Positions 22,022 through 32,602 of a DNA stretch of 64,000 nucleotides are shown piece after piece. Numbering within the stretch: the first letter of the stretch is position 1; each line of letters opens with the position of its first letter. The stretch is taken from contig CAWKDB010000002.1 of NCBI GenBank assembly GCA_963848295.1, forward strand, positions 608,001-672,000, given 5' to 3'. This DNA is from an uncultured delta proteobacterium. GTDB lineage: Bacteria > Myxococcota_A > Polyangia > Haliangiales > Haliangiaceae. The notes under the pieces were generated by a model. It worked only from the letters and a program-made list of their open reading frames with translations. It was not told where the DNA came from and did not search any database. Made by a program: the position numbers and the translations under genes.

Positions 22022-23716
22022 TCAGGGCTTCTTCTTGGCCTGCGACATCTTCTTCTTGAGCGCCGCGAGCTCGTCATCGACATCGGCCGGCGCGGAGGAC
22101 TTCGTCCGGCCGCTCGATGGTTTCGGAGCGGCTTGCTTCGGTGCCGCGGCGGCGCCGCCGCCCGAGCTGCGCTTCATCTGCTCGAGCTGGTCATCGATCG
22201 ATGCGACCGGCGCAGCCTTGGCCCGCTTCGGCTCCGTCGCCGCCGCCTCGGCTCGCGGCGGCGCGGTCCCGACCTGGGCGATCGCGCGCTCGAGGTCCTT
22301 GAGCTCGGACTCGAGCGTCGCGAGCTCGGACAGCAGCGAGTGCATCCGCGCGCGCTCGGCGTCGGCCCGGCGGTCGAGCTGGGCCGCTTCGTCGGCCTGG
22401 CCGCGCGCGGTCGCGCCCTTGGCCTTGTCGGCGAGGTCGCCGGCCGCATCGCGCGCCGCCATCATCGACTTCGTCATCTCGCCGACGCGCTGCGCGACCT
22501 CGCGCCGCAACCGCTCGAGCTCTTCGCGATCGGGCAGCCCGGACAGGTCGGCCGCGCCGCCGCCATCGCCGCCGAGATCTTCGAGCTCGCCCGGCGGTGC
22601 GGTCGACGCGGCCGCCGCTTGCGCCGCTGCACTCGCCGCGCGGACGCGGTCGCGAGTCGCCGCGTGCGCGGCAGCTCGGCGCTCGTCGATCACGGCGCGC
22701 TTGTCGCCGGCGACCGCCGCGATGATGTCGGCGATGTGATCGGCGCCGTCGTCGGTCGGGGGCGGGGGACTGCCGGTGAACGCGGTGTCGAGCGCGCTCG
22801 ACAGCATGAGCAGGCCCTTCGCCGCGATCGCGCGGCGCCGGGCTTCGAGCGCAGTCGCGGCCTTCGCGCCGCCCGCGACTTGATCGTCGATGATCGCGAC
22901 GAGCCTGCCGCCGACCAGCATGACGCGCGCGATCGTCTCCGGCTTGGGTCGCGCGACGATCACGTCGGCGGCGCGCCATAACAGCGCGGCATCCGCGGTC
23001 GCGCCGAACAGCTTGGCCTTGAGGCCGAGCGTCGGGACCTGCCGGCGCAGCACCGCCGCGGATTCGGCATCGCCCGCGGCATCGAACAGGAACGTCGTCG
23101 CATCGCCGCCGTCGAGCAGCGACAGCTGGAGCGCGAGCTGGCCGGTCTGCTCCGCGCCGAGGCCGGCGACCTCGACCAGCGCGACCTTGCCGCTGACCTT
23201 GAACCGCGAGCGCAATGCCGCGCGATCCTGCGCGCCGGCTTCGGCGAACGCGCGCTCGCCGATCGCGCCGACGACGAGGATCCGATCCGCCTCGACGCCG
23301 AGGTCCGCGAGCGCGACCGCCGCCAGCTCGTCGACCGCGACGAACCGATCCGCATCGGTCTGCGCCCACGCCGCGGCGGGCTCGAGATCGCCGACGATCG
23401 CGATCACCGGCGCGGTGCCGGCGATCAGCGGAACTTGATCGCGCGCGACCGTCAACGCGAGCGCGGCGTGCGGATCGAACGCGACCGACGCATCGGGCGG
23501 CGACAGCTCGAGCTCCTTGCGCAACCGCCGCTCAGCGCCTTCCCCGAGCAGCGCGCGCCGCACGCGATCGGCCATGCCACCGCCCCCGCCGCCTGCCGCG
23601 CCGAGATCGATCGCGCGCACCCGCATCCCCGCCGCTTCGATCGCCGCGAGCACCGGCACGATCGCCGCGGGCGACGCGCCGCTCGAGGTCACGACGAGGA
23701 CGTGGAGCTCAGCCAC
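22022..23716 (-). CDS. Hypothetical protein: degenerate GT-B (MGDG-synthase-like) region + PspA-like coiled-coil tail
   Basis: W...DADRFVA, L...GV.ADRI.V.G, AADVIVA.P; C-terminal IDDQLEQMK / VDDELAALKKKM. Confidence 0.5.
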   Translation of the reverse strand: MAELHVLVVTSSGASPAAIVPVLAAIEAAGMRVRAIDLGAAGGGGGGMADRVRRALLGEGAERRLRKELELSPPDASVAFDPHAALALTVARDQVPLIAGTAPVIAIVGDLEPAAAWAQTDADRFVAVDELAAVALADLGVEADRILVVGAIGERAFAEAGAQDRAALRSRFKVSGKVALVEVAGLGAEQTGQLALQLSLLDGGDATTFLFDAAGDAESAAVLRRQVPTLGLKAKLFGATADAALLWRAADVIVARPKPETIARVMLVGGRLVAIIDDQVAGGAKAATALEARRRAIAAKGLLMLSSALDTAFTGSPPPPTDDGADHIADIIAAVAGDKRAVIDERRAAAHAATRDRVRAASAAAQAAAASTAPPGELEDLGGDGGGAADLSGLPDREELERLRREVAQRVGEMTKSMMAARDAAGDLADKAKGATARGQADEAAQLDRRADAERARMHSLLSELATLESELKDLERAIAQVGTAPPRAEAAATEPKRAKAAPVASIDDQLEQMKRSSGGGAAAAPKQAAPKPSSGRTKSSAPADVDDELAALKKKMSQAKKKP

Positions 23717-24638
23717 GGAGCGTCACCTCGCGATTGACGAGGTTGCCCGGCCGGCGCCCGGACAGCACCGCGATCACCGCATCCGCGCACAACTGAGCCA
23801 TCGCCGTTCTAGCCTCGGTGGTAGCCGATCCCAGGTGCGGCGCCAAGACCACCCGGGGATCCGCTCGCAACCGAGCGTCGAGTTTCGGCTCGGCCTCGAA
23901 CACGTCGAGCGCCGCGCCGAAGATCTGGCCGCGCCCGATCGCCTCGGCCACCGCCGACTCGTCGACGCAGCCGCCGCGCGCGGTGTTGACCAGGATCGCG
24001 GTCGGCTTCATCTGCGCGAGCCGCGCCGGGTTCACGAGGTGGCGGGTCTCGGCGGTCAACGGGCAGTGCAAGCTGACCACGTCGGCGGTCGCGAACAGCT
24101 CGTCGAGCGTGATCCCGTCGTGGCCGGCGGCGATCACGCGCATGCCGAGCCCGACCGCGCGGCGAGCGACCGCTCGCCCGATCCGGCCGAGGCCGACGAT
24201 GCCGAGGGTCCGGCCCGCGATCGGCTGGCCGAGCAGCTGATCGAGCCGCCAGCCCGGCCATTGGCCCGAGCGCACGAGCTGCGCCGCCTCCGGCAGCCGG
24301 CGCGCCGCGGCGAACATCAGCGCGATCGCGAATTCCGCGGTCGCCTCGGTCAGCACGTCCGGCGTGTTCGTCACCGCAATACCGGCGGCGGTCGCGGCGT
24401 TGACATCGATGTTGTCGTAGCCGACCGCGCAGTTCGCGATCACGCGCAGCTTCGGCGCGCGCCGGATCACGTCGCCGTCGATCCGATCGAGCAGCAAGCA
24501 GACGAGCGCGTCCGCGTCGCCGAGCTCGGCCGGAACGCCGGTCCACTCGGTCGGGACTTCCACGCGCGCTCCCGCGAACGCCGCGCCGACCTGCGCCGGC
24601 AGATCGATCGGCAAGCTCGACGTCGAGATCACGCGCAC
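23709..24638 (-). CDS. D-2-hydroxyacid (D-glycerate/glyoxylate) dehydrogenase
   Basis: AVGYDNID, NTPDVLT, GLGRIG, NTARG, LDVFE.EP, PHLGSAT. Confidence 0.93.
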   Translation of the reverse strand: MRVISTSSLPIDLPAQVGAAFAGARVEVPTEWTGVPAELGDADALVCLLLDRIDGDVIRRAPKLRVIANCAVGYDNIDVNAATAAGIAVTNTPDVLTEATAEFAIALMFAAARRLPEAAQLVRSGQWPGWRLDQLLGQPIAGRTLGIVGLGRIGRAVARRAVGLGMRVIAAGHDGITLDELFATADVVSLHCPLTAETRHLVNPARLAQMKPTAILVNTARGGCVDESAVAEAIGRGQIFGAALDVFEAEPKLDARLRADPRVVLAPHLGSATTEARTAMAQLCADAVIAVLSGRRPGNLVNREVTLRG

Positions 24639-24692
24639 GGACGGAGCGTATCGCGTCGTAGCGCGCGACGCCGAGGTGCTACGCTTGGAGTC

Positions 24693-25712
24693 GTGCGGTT
24701 GGCGCTGATCTCGTGCGGAGTCGCGGTCGCGGCTGGCGCGGTGCTCGCGCAGCCGGCACCGTCCGCCGACAAGCCCGCCGACAAAGCAGCCGACAAGCCG
24801 GCCGAGCCCCCGCCACCACCGGTGCTGACGCCGCTCGGCGAGGCGGTGAATCCGGCGCTCGATCCGAAGAACCTGATGACGCTCACCGACGACCCGATCT
24901 TCGGCAAGGCGCCGCGGATCAACGGCGACGAGATGCCCGGCGTCGTCGCGTTCACGTTCGACGACGGCCCGAACCCCGCGACATCGCCGGCGGTGATCGA
25001 CGCGCTCGTCAAGTACGACGTGCCCGCAACGTTCTTCATCGTCACCCAGCGGATCGTCGGCAAGCACGGCCAGGCGTCGCGCGAGGTGCTCGCGCGCGAG
25101 CTCGCGTCGGGGTTCACGGTCGGCAGTCACTCGGTGACGCATCCGAACCTGCGCGACGCGGTCGGCGAGCAACTCGACAAGGAGATCAACGGCTCGATCC
25201 GCACGCTCGCGACCACGGTCAATCATCCGATCGGGCTGTTTCGCCCGCCGTACGGTGCGCTGTCTGGCGCCGGGCGCGTGCGGCTCAAGAAGCTCGGCGT
25301 CACCGAGGTGATCTGGTCGATCGACACGCTCGACTGGCGCGCGCACGACCCCGACAAGCTGCGCAAGAAGGTCGGCATGATGATCTGGAAGCAACACGGC
25401 GGGGTGGTGCTGATGCACGACGTCAAGCCGATCACCGCGAAGGTGATCGATGGCGTGCTCGACGACCTCGAAGCCGCGAACTGCCAGGCGCTCGCCGAGG
25501 GCAAGGAGCCGATCGTGCCGGTGTCGCTGCACTACTTCTTGCGCGACGGCAAGCTGCCGCGCGACGTGCCCGATGCGGTGAAGGCGCGAACCGCGGACTA
25601 CAGGGCGAAGCTCCCGAAGCGGTGCGAAGCGAGACCGAAGCTCGAGCCACCGACGCCGGGCGCTGACCAGGTGCCTTGCCTCGATAACCCGCTCGCGAAG
25701 GGCTGCCGCTAG
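24693..25712 (+). CDS. Secreted polysaccharide deacetylase (CE4/NodB)
   Basis: TFDDGP, HSVTH, FRPPYG, DT.DW, LMHD. Confidence 0.92.
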   Translation: MRLALISCGVAVAAGAVLAQPAPSADKPADKAADKPAEPPPPPVLTPLGEAVNPALDPKNLMTLTDDPIFGKAPRINGDEMPGVVAFTFDDGPNPATSPAVIDALVKYDVPATFFIVTQRIVGKHGQASREVLARELASGFTVGSHSVTHPNLRDAVGEQLDKEINGSIRTLATTVNHPIGLFRPPYGALSGAGRVRLKKLGVTEVIWSIDTLDWRAHDPDKLRKKVGMMIWKQHGGVVLMHDVKPITAKVIDGVLDDLEAANCQALAEGKEPIVPVSLHYFLRDGKLPRDVPDAVKARTADYRAKLPKRCEARPKLEPPTPGADQVPCLDNPLAKGCR

Positions 25713-26377
25713 CAAACTGGCTTGACCCTCGCGTCGGCGAACTGCTCGTGCGGTCCGATCTCGACGAACGCCCAGACGTACTCGGACGCGTCCATCGACT
25801 CGGTCTGCCAGAACATCACGCGAAACCGCGCGTTCGCGGTGCCCCACGTCGCGGTCACGACGTTGACCGCGCGCGCACAGCTCGGCTCGGCGACGACGAA
25901 GCGATCGGCGCGCGGGTCATCGCGACGCGTCACGCCGCGGGTGATCGCCGGCTTGCCGTAACGGCGAGACAGCTCGGCGATCAGGCCATCGGCGGCCTTG
26001 ACGCACGCCGCGAACTGGTCGCGACCGAACCCCATCTGACACGAATGGTCGGCGGTCCACACTTCGCGATGGTCCGCATCCTCGATCGAGGCATCGGGCT
26101 GGAACACGTAGCCGGCGAGCCGGCCGTTGTCGAACTCGAAGCTCCACACGCCGTCGATCGCGTGAACGACCTCGCGGCGATCCCATCGCCGGATCGTGGG
26201 ATCGTCCGGATCGGCGACGACCGCTTGCGGCGTGAGCCCGGGGTGGACCGCGACGAGCTCGGCGATCGTCATGCCGGGGTGAACCACCGCTGGCATCTCG
26301 ATCACGGTGGGATGGCGAACCGGCGCGGCGCTCGCCACCGAGCTCGCGGTCAGGGCAACGATGACGAGCGCTCGCAT
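25709..26377 (-). CDS. Secreted hypothetical protein
   Basis: Signal peptide MRALVIVALTASSVASA. Confidence 0.55.
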   Translation of the reverse strand: MRALVIVALTASSVASAAPVRHPTVIEMPAVVHPGMTIAELVAVHPGLTPQAVVADPDDPTIRRWDRREVVHAIDGVWSFEFDNGRLAGYVFQPDASIEDADHREVWTADHSCQMGFGRDQFAACVKAADGLIAELSRRYGKPAITRGVTRRDDPRADRFVVAEPSCARAVNVVTATWGTANARFRVMFWQTESMDASEYVWAFVEIGPHEQFADARVKPVC

Positions 26378-26556
26378 GTCATGTAGCGGACGCGGCGAGC
26401 AATCGGATGGTCGCAGGCGCGGCTGCAACCGCTGTAGTCCGGCTTGCAGATCACCGGGAGCTGAGGAAACTTCGATGTGAGTTGACAACTACATCGAACC
26501 ACACTAGGGTCCGCGCACTTACCAGGGTTGGCACTCGGGAGAAGCGTGGAAATCTC

Positions 26557-29333
26557 ATGGAACAATCGACTGTTATGTCCAAACTGGACGCGGATTGGCT
26601 GATCATGCCGCCGCTAACCTGGGACAGCCAATCGCCCACTCCGGACGTTTCGACCGAGCAGACCCCTTTGTTCGAGTCGAGCGAGTTCGAAGGCGACGGT
26701 ACCATCGTCACGAGCGCCGCGTACGTCTTGAAGCCGGCCTTCACGGGGCGGGTCGCCTCCCTGACCAAGCTCGCGACGCTCGCCTCGCACGCGTTCGAGC
26801 ACCGCGAGATCGCGTTCGCCGTCATCATCGGCGACAGCGGCCTCGGCAAGAGCCGGATCGTGGCCGAGCTGGTCGCGCGGATGCGCACCGCGCGCCCGAA
26901 CCTGGCGGTGATCAGCGGCGCGAGCGACGACGGCTTGTCGTACGGCCCGATCGCGCGCGCGCTCGCCACCCACATGGGGATCCCGCTCGGCGAGGACGCC
27001 GCGACGACGCGCGACAAGATCCAAGCCGCGGTCGCCGAGGTCGTGACCGCCTCGAAGGTCCCCGAGGTCGCGCACCTGCTCGCGCACATCATGCGCGCGC
27101 CGTTCGACGACAGTCCGGTCGTGGCGCCGCTGCTCGAGTCGCCGCAGCGGCTCGAAGCGCGCGTGTTCATGGCGGTCCGCCGCTACGTGCTCGCGATCGC
27201 CGAGCGAGCGCCGGTGATGTTCGTGATCGAGAACCTCGATCAGTGCGGCAGCGAGACGATCAACCTGCTGCAGTACCTCGCCGCTGGCCTGCGCGAGCAA
27301 CCGGTCGCCTTGATCGCGACCGCATCGCCCGGCCTGTTCGAGCGCCACGCCGCGTTCGGCGACGGCGAGGTCGCCCCGACGAGGATCGAGCTGCCGGCGC
27401 TGACGCCGAACGAATCGGAAGAGCTGCTGCGCGAGCTGTGCAAGCAACTGCCGCAGGTGCCGGCGCGGGTCGTCGCCCACGTCCGCGCGCTGCTCGACTC
27501 GCCGCGCTCGATCCACGAGCTCGTTCGCCTGCTGCTCGAGAGCGACGTGATCGTCCGAGAAGGCGTGATGTGGCGGATCGAAGAGTCCAAGCTCGCCGGG
27601 CTCGCGCTGCCCAAGACGTACGCCGATCTCGTCGCCGAGCGGCTGCGCGTCATGGAGCCGACCGAGCGCCGCGTCGTCGAGATGGCGGCGGTGATCGGCG
27701 AGACGTCGTGGCTCGACGCGATCCTGTCGCTCGACCGCTCCGGCCAGCGCACCGACGATCCCGATGGCCCGACGCTCGCGCAGATCGCGTCGTCCGGCGA
27801 CCACGGCCGGATCGCGGTCGTCGCGGCGATCGGCAAGCTGATCGAGCGCGGCATGCTCGTCGAGGTCACGCAGTCGACGATCGCCGGCGAGCGCGAGCTC
27901 CAGTTCTCGTATCCCGGGCTGTGGCAGCTGATCTACAAAGGGCTCGACGAGGTGCGGCGGCGCAACTATCACGCGGTCGTCGCGCGCTGGCTCGAGCTCC
28001 ACCCCGAAGGCAAGGCGCCGTCGGCGCAAGAGGAGATCGCGCGTCACCTCGCGCTCGCGGGTGATGCCCGCGAAGCGGCGAGCCGTTATCAGCGCGCCGC
28101 CGAAGCGGCGAAAGAGCAGTACGCGAACGAGCGCGCGATTCGCCTCTACGACCGCGCGCTCGCGTGCGTCGGCGATAGCGATCTTGCCGCGCGGCTGCAC
28201 ATCTGGCACGACCTCGGCTCGATCTACGAGCTGATCGGCGACTTCGAAGCGGCGCTCGGCGCGTTCGAACGGATGCTGCGGTTGTCGTGGGTCGCGGCGA
28301 GCAAGACCAAGGCCGCGGTCGCGTTCAACAAGATGGGCCGCGTCTGGCGGCGTCAAGCGGCGACTTGAAGCTCGCGCTCGAGTATCTCGAGCGTGGGCTC
28401 GAGCTGTTCCGCGGCGCGGGTGACGGCCGCGGCGTCGCGGGCTCGCTCGACGACATCGGCAAGTCGCTGCACATGCTCGGTCGGCTCGACGAGGCGCACG
28501 CGAAGATCACCGAGGCGCTCGTGCGTCGCGGTAAGGGCGGCGACAAGCGCGCGATCGCGACGTCGCTATCGCGCCTGGGCGACGTGCAGCACGATCGCGG
28601 GCAGTTCGAAGCCGCGTACAACTGTCACAAAGAGGCGCTCGACCTGCGCAAGCAGACCGGCGACCGCTGGGGCCAGATCGTGTCGCAGAACAACCTCGCC
28701 GCGCTCGCGTTCGACCTCGGCGATCTCGCGCAGGCGCGCGCCGGCTGGCTCGCGGCCCTGCCCGATGTCGAGGCGATCGGCGCGCTGCCGTTGAGCGCAC
28801 TCGTGTTGAGCAACCTCGGCGAGCTCGCGCTGGTCGAGGGCAAGCTCGAAGAGGCGCGCAGCCGGCTCGACAACGCGCTCGAGATCATCGAGGACATCGA
28901 GGATCGCGGGCTCGAGACCGAAGTGTGCCGCCACCTCGCCGCGCTCGAGCGGGCCCTGGCCAAGCCGACCGCGGCTCGCGAGCTCGCCGAACGCGCGCTC
29001 GCGGTCGCGCGCAAGGCGGGCCTGCGCGAGAAGGAAGCGCAAGCGCAGCTCGCACTCGGCGACGTGCTGTCGACCAGCATCTACGACACGACCGACGACG
29101 GCGCGGCGAACGATGCCGCGGTCGCGTATCGCTGCGCGGTCGACCTGCTGCGTGCGATCGGCAACGACGCCGCGCTCGGCCGCGCGCTGTTCTCCTACGG
29201 CCGGTTCGCAGCCGAATCGGGCAAGCTCGACGACGCGAAGGACATGCTGCGCCAAGCGCTCGCGACGTTCACGCGGCTCGGGCTCGCCAAGCCCGCCGAG
29301 TCCGCCAAGCAGCTGCTCTCGACGTTGTCGTAA
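26557..29333 (+). CDS. STAND-type AAA ATPase with TPR repeats; frameshift near 28355; start uncertain
   Basis: F.GR, Walker A GDSGLGKSR, AAVIG, TPR-like repeats continuing in ORF 28287-29333. Confidence 0.85.
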
Positions 29334-29374
29334 CGCCCGCCCGGGCTTGCGCCGGACGCATCTAGCCGGCATCG

Positions 29375-30370
29375 TTGAGCGACAGCTCGATGATCTGGTT
29401 TTGGCTCGGGTTCTTCGCGCTGGTCGCGCTGCTGTTGGTCTTCGACCTCGGCGTGCTGAACCGCACCGCGAAAGAGCCCACGCTGCGCAGCGCCGCGCTG
29501 GCGACCGTCGGCTGGGTCGTGCTCGGGCTGTCGTTCGTCGCCGTCGTCTACCCGATGTACGAGAACAACTGGCTCGGCGCGCGCCTCCACGGGGGCCCGC
29601 TCGATCACGCCGACGGCGCCGACGCGTCGATCACGTACGTCTCGGCCTACCTGCTCGAACAGGCGCTCAGCGTCGACAACATCTTCGTGATGTCGCTGTT
29701 GTTCACCACGTTCAAGGTCCCGCTCAAGTACCAGCACCGCGTGCTGTTCTGGGGAATCCTCGGGGCGATCGGATTCCGGCTCGCGATGCTCGGCGGCGGC
29801 GCTTATCTCGCGGCGCGGTTCGATTGGATCTTCTACATCTTCGGCGGCTACCTCGCTTATCAGGGGCTCAAGCTGTTCCGCGATGAGGGCGACGGCGACG
29901 ACGAGGAGCGCGACAAGAGCGTCGTGCTGCGGATCCTGCGCAGGTTCGTGCCGATCGTCGACGGCGACCACGGCGGCAAGTTCACGGTCAAGCTCGACGG
30001 CCGCCGCGCGCTGACCACGATCGCGGTGTGTCTCGTCGTGATCGAGCTGACCGATATCGTGTTCGCGCTCGACTCGATCCCGGCCGTGCTGTCGGTCAGC
30101 CAGGACACGTTCATCATGGTGACGTCGAACGTGTTCGCGATCATGGGCCTGCGCTCGCTCTACTTCGTGCTCGCCGGCGCGATGTCGAAGTTCAAGTATC
30201 TGAAGATCGCGCTCGCGGTGCTGCTCGTCGGCATCGGCGCGAAGATGATCGCGCACAAGTTCTATCCGATCTCGCACACGGTCTCGTTGATCGCGATCGC
30301 CAGCATCCTCGCGGTCGGCGTGCTCGCCTCGGTGATCGCCGCCCGCCGCGCCCCGAAATCCGCAGCGTAA
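29375..30370 (+). CDS. TerC/Alx-family metal homeostasis membrane protein
   Basis: E.ALSVDNIFV, QHRVLFWGILGA, E.TD..FALDSIPA, SNVFAIMGLRSLYF. Confidence 0.95.
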   Translation: MSDSSMIWFWLGFFALVALLLVFDLGVLNRTAKEPTLRSAALATVGWVVLGLSFVAVVYPMYENNWLGARLHGGPLDHADGADASITYVSAYLLEQALSVDNIFVMSLLFTTFKVPLKYQHRVLFWGILGAIGFRLAMLGGGAYLAARFDWIFYIFGGYLAYQGLKLFRDEGDGDDEERDKSVVLRILRRFVPIVDGDHGGKFTVKLDGRRALTTIAVCLVVIELTDIVFALDSIPAVLSVSQDTFIMVTSNVFAIMGLRSLYFVLAGAMSKFKYLKIALAVLLVGIGAKMIAHKFYPISHTVSLIAIASILAVGVLASVIAARRAPKSAA

Positions 30371-30374
30371 GCTC

Positions 30375-32522
30375 CTACTCCTGGCACGCGAACGGATCGG
30401 CGCACGCGTCCGAGCCCGTGGTCGCCGGACGCGAGTCGAGCGTGGTCCCGGCCGCGCGGCACGCGGTGATCACGGCGTTGCGGTGCCGGCGCACCAACGC
30501 GAGCCACTTGTGGGCGCGCCCGGAGTCGTGGGTGCGACACGCGGCGAGCACGCACGTTCCCGCTTGGGTCGCGACCAGGTTCGCGTCGGCGCGACACAGC
30601 GCGATCGCATCGGCGAACCGATTGTTCTGCATCGCGCTCGCCAGATCGGCTGACGGGTCCGCCGCCGGCGGACTCGGACGTGGCGTCGGGTGCGGACGCG
30701 GGTGCACCACATCGACGGGCTTCGCCGAGCCCGCATGCGCGACCGACGGATCACCAGCGGCGCTGCCGACCGGCTCGGTGACCGCGGCATCTAAATTTAG
30801 CTCGACGCGAGCGACGACCGCAGCGTCGGGCGGCGGTCGCGGCGCAGGCGCCGGCGCGATCGCGACGATCGCGCTGTCGACGGGGGCGCGAGCTTTTCGG
30901 CCGCCGCCGCGCAGCGCGACAAACGCACCGATGCCGACGCCGACCGTGGCGAACGCGACCATGATGATGGTGAACGCGCGCCGGCGGTTGCGAATCCCGA
31001 GCGTCGAACCGGTGTACGCGGCGTTGAACGGCGGAGACGCCGAGATCGGGTGGCGCTGCGAATCCACGAGGCCGGCCGCGGACGGATAGACCGCCGCGCC
31101 GATCGCGGACAGCAACGGTTGCGTCACCGCCGGGCCGCCGGAGGTCACCGGCGCGTACCTCGGACTATCGATCGAACCGCGCCGCCCTTCGGCTCCGCTG
31201 CCGGCCGGGGCCAAGCCCCGGCCCTCGACGACGCCCGCCGCACTCGCGATCTGTTCGATGGGAACCGTGAGCTGGCCCGTCATGCCGAGTCCGTACACGG
31301 TGCTATCGATCTTCACGGTCGGGAACGCCGCCCCGTTCGCGACGGTGCTGGGCATCCCCGAGCCCGGACGACCCCCGACGGTAGGAGCCTGCGCACCTGC
31401 CGCGCTGCCGGATGGCGACGCGGTCCGCTCGACCAGGCCGCCGGCCGCGAGGTCGATGACATGTGCGAGCGCTCGCTCGACCGGATCGAGCCCGACTGCC
31501 GCCGGCAACTCGACCGCCATCGCGGTCAGCGTGTGACCGACCGTGTACGGCCCCGGGCGCTGGAGCTCGACCCACGGCTCGGGCCGTTGCCCGAAAAGCT
31601 CGCGCAGAAACTTCGACATCCCGCTGACCGACATCGACACGCCCGCGCGCACCGCGATGCGATCGATGTCTTCGTGCAGCTCGTCGCCGGTCTGATAGCG
31701 CGCCGCCGGCATCTTCGCGAGCAGCTTGTGGACGAGGTCGTCGAGCTCCGGCGGCACGTCCGGCCGGAAGTTCGTCAGCCGCGGGGCATCGTCGCTGACG
31801 ATCGCGTGCATCGCGTCGAAGTCGCTCGTCCGCCGATACAACCGCGTACCCGAGATCGTTTCCCACAGCACGATGCCGAGCGAGAACAAGTCGCTGCGGC
31901 GATCGACGTCGTTGCCGCGGCACTGCTCCGGCGACAGATAGCTGATCTTGCCTTTGACCGCGCCGGATCGGGTCTCCGCGCTGCGATGCGTTGCTTTCGC
32001 GACGCCGAAATCGACGAGCTTCACCGTGCCCTCGAAGCTCGCCATGATGTTCGAAGGCGAGACGTCGCGATGGACGATGCCGAGCGGCTTGCCGTCGATG
32101 CCGTGGCGCGTGTGCGCGTGATGCAACCCGGCCGCGACGCCCGAGGCGATCGCGAGCACGCAGCCGAGTGGGATCGGTTTCGCGATCGCCGTGGCCTGCC
32201 GCAGGATCCCGCGCAGCGTCTCGCCGTGGACGTACTCCATCGTGAAGAAATAGGAGTCGCCGAGCCGACCGATGTCGTAGACCTGCGCGACGTTCGGGTG
32301 CTGGAGCTGAGCGGCGAGCCGAGCCTCGTCGAGGAACATCTGGACGAAGCTCGTGTCGCTCGCCTTCTCGCGCAGGATGCGCTTGAGCACGACGTAGCGC
32401 TCGACTCCGGCCACGCTGTTGCCGCGCGCGAGATAGATCTCGGCCATGCCGCCGGTAGCGAGCCGGGCCAGCACCTCGTAGTTGCTGGCCGCGGACGCAA
32501 CTTCGTCGGCAGCTCTCGGCAC
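30375..32522 (-). CDS. Transmembrane Ser/Thr protein kinase
   Basis: LATGGMAEI, HRDVSPSN, DFG, YLSPEQ, DLFSLG; TM then Cys-containing C-terminus. Confidence 0.93.
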   Translation of the reverse strand: MPRAADEVASAASNYEVLARLATGGMAEIYLARGNSVAGVERYVVLKRILREKASDTSFVQMFLDEARLAAQLQHPNVAQVYDIGRLGDSYFFTMEYVHGETLRGILRQATAIAKPIPLGCVLAIASGVAAGLHHAHTRHGIDGKPLGIVHRDVSPSNIMASFEGTVKLVDFGVAKATHRSAETRSGAVKGKISYLSPEQCRGNDVDRRSDLFSLGIVLWETISGTRLYRRTSDFDAMHAIVSDDAPRLTNFRPDVPPELDDLVHKLLAKMPAARYQTGDELHEDIDRIAVRAGVSMSVSGMSKFLRELFGQRPEPWVELQRPGPYTVGHTLTAMAVELPAAVGLDPVERALAHVIDLAAGGLVERTASPSGSAAGAQAPTVGGRPGSGMPSTVANGAAFPTVKIDSTVYGLGMTGQLTVPIEQIASAAGVVEGRGLAPAGSGAEGRRGSIDSPRYAPVTSGGPAVTQPLLSAIGAAVYPSAAGLVDSQRHPISASPPFNAAYTGSTLGIRNRRRAFTIIMVAFATVGVGIGAFVALRGGGRKARAPVDSAIVAIAPAPAPRPPPDAAVVARVELNLDAAVTEPVGSAAGDPSVAHAGSAKPVDVVHPRPHPTPRPSPPAADPSADLASAMQNNRFADAIALCRADANLVATQAGTCVLAACRTHDSGRAHKWLALVRRHRNAVITACRAAGTTLDSRPATTGSDACADPFACQE

Positions 32523-32602
32523 GTGCGCGAAGTATATACGGACGGCGCGATGGAACGGATTCTTGCCCTACCAGCGCCGCCACCGCTGTACCCTTGACGC
32601 AG

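Noticed and set aside
23517..25847. Overlapping 731-aa and 712-aa antisense ORFs
   Set aside because: These are high-GC shadow extensions. The real genes are the divergent dehydrogenase (start 24638) and deacetylase (start 24693).
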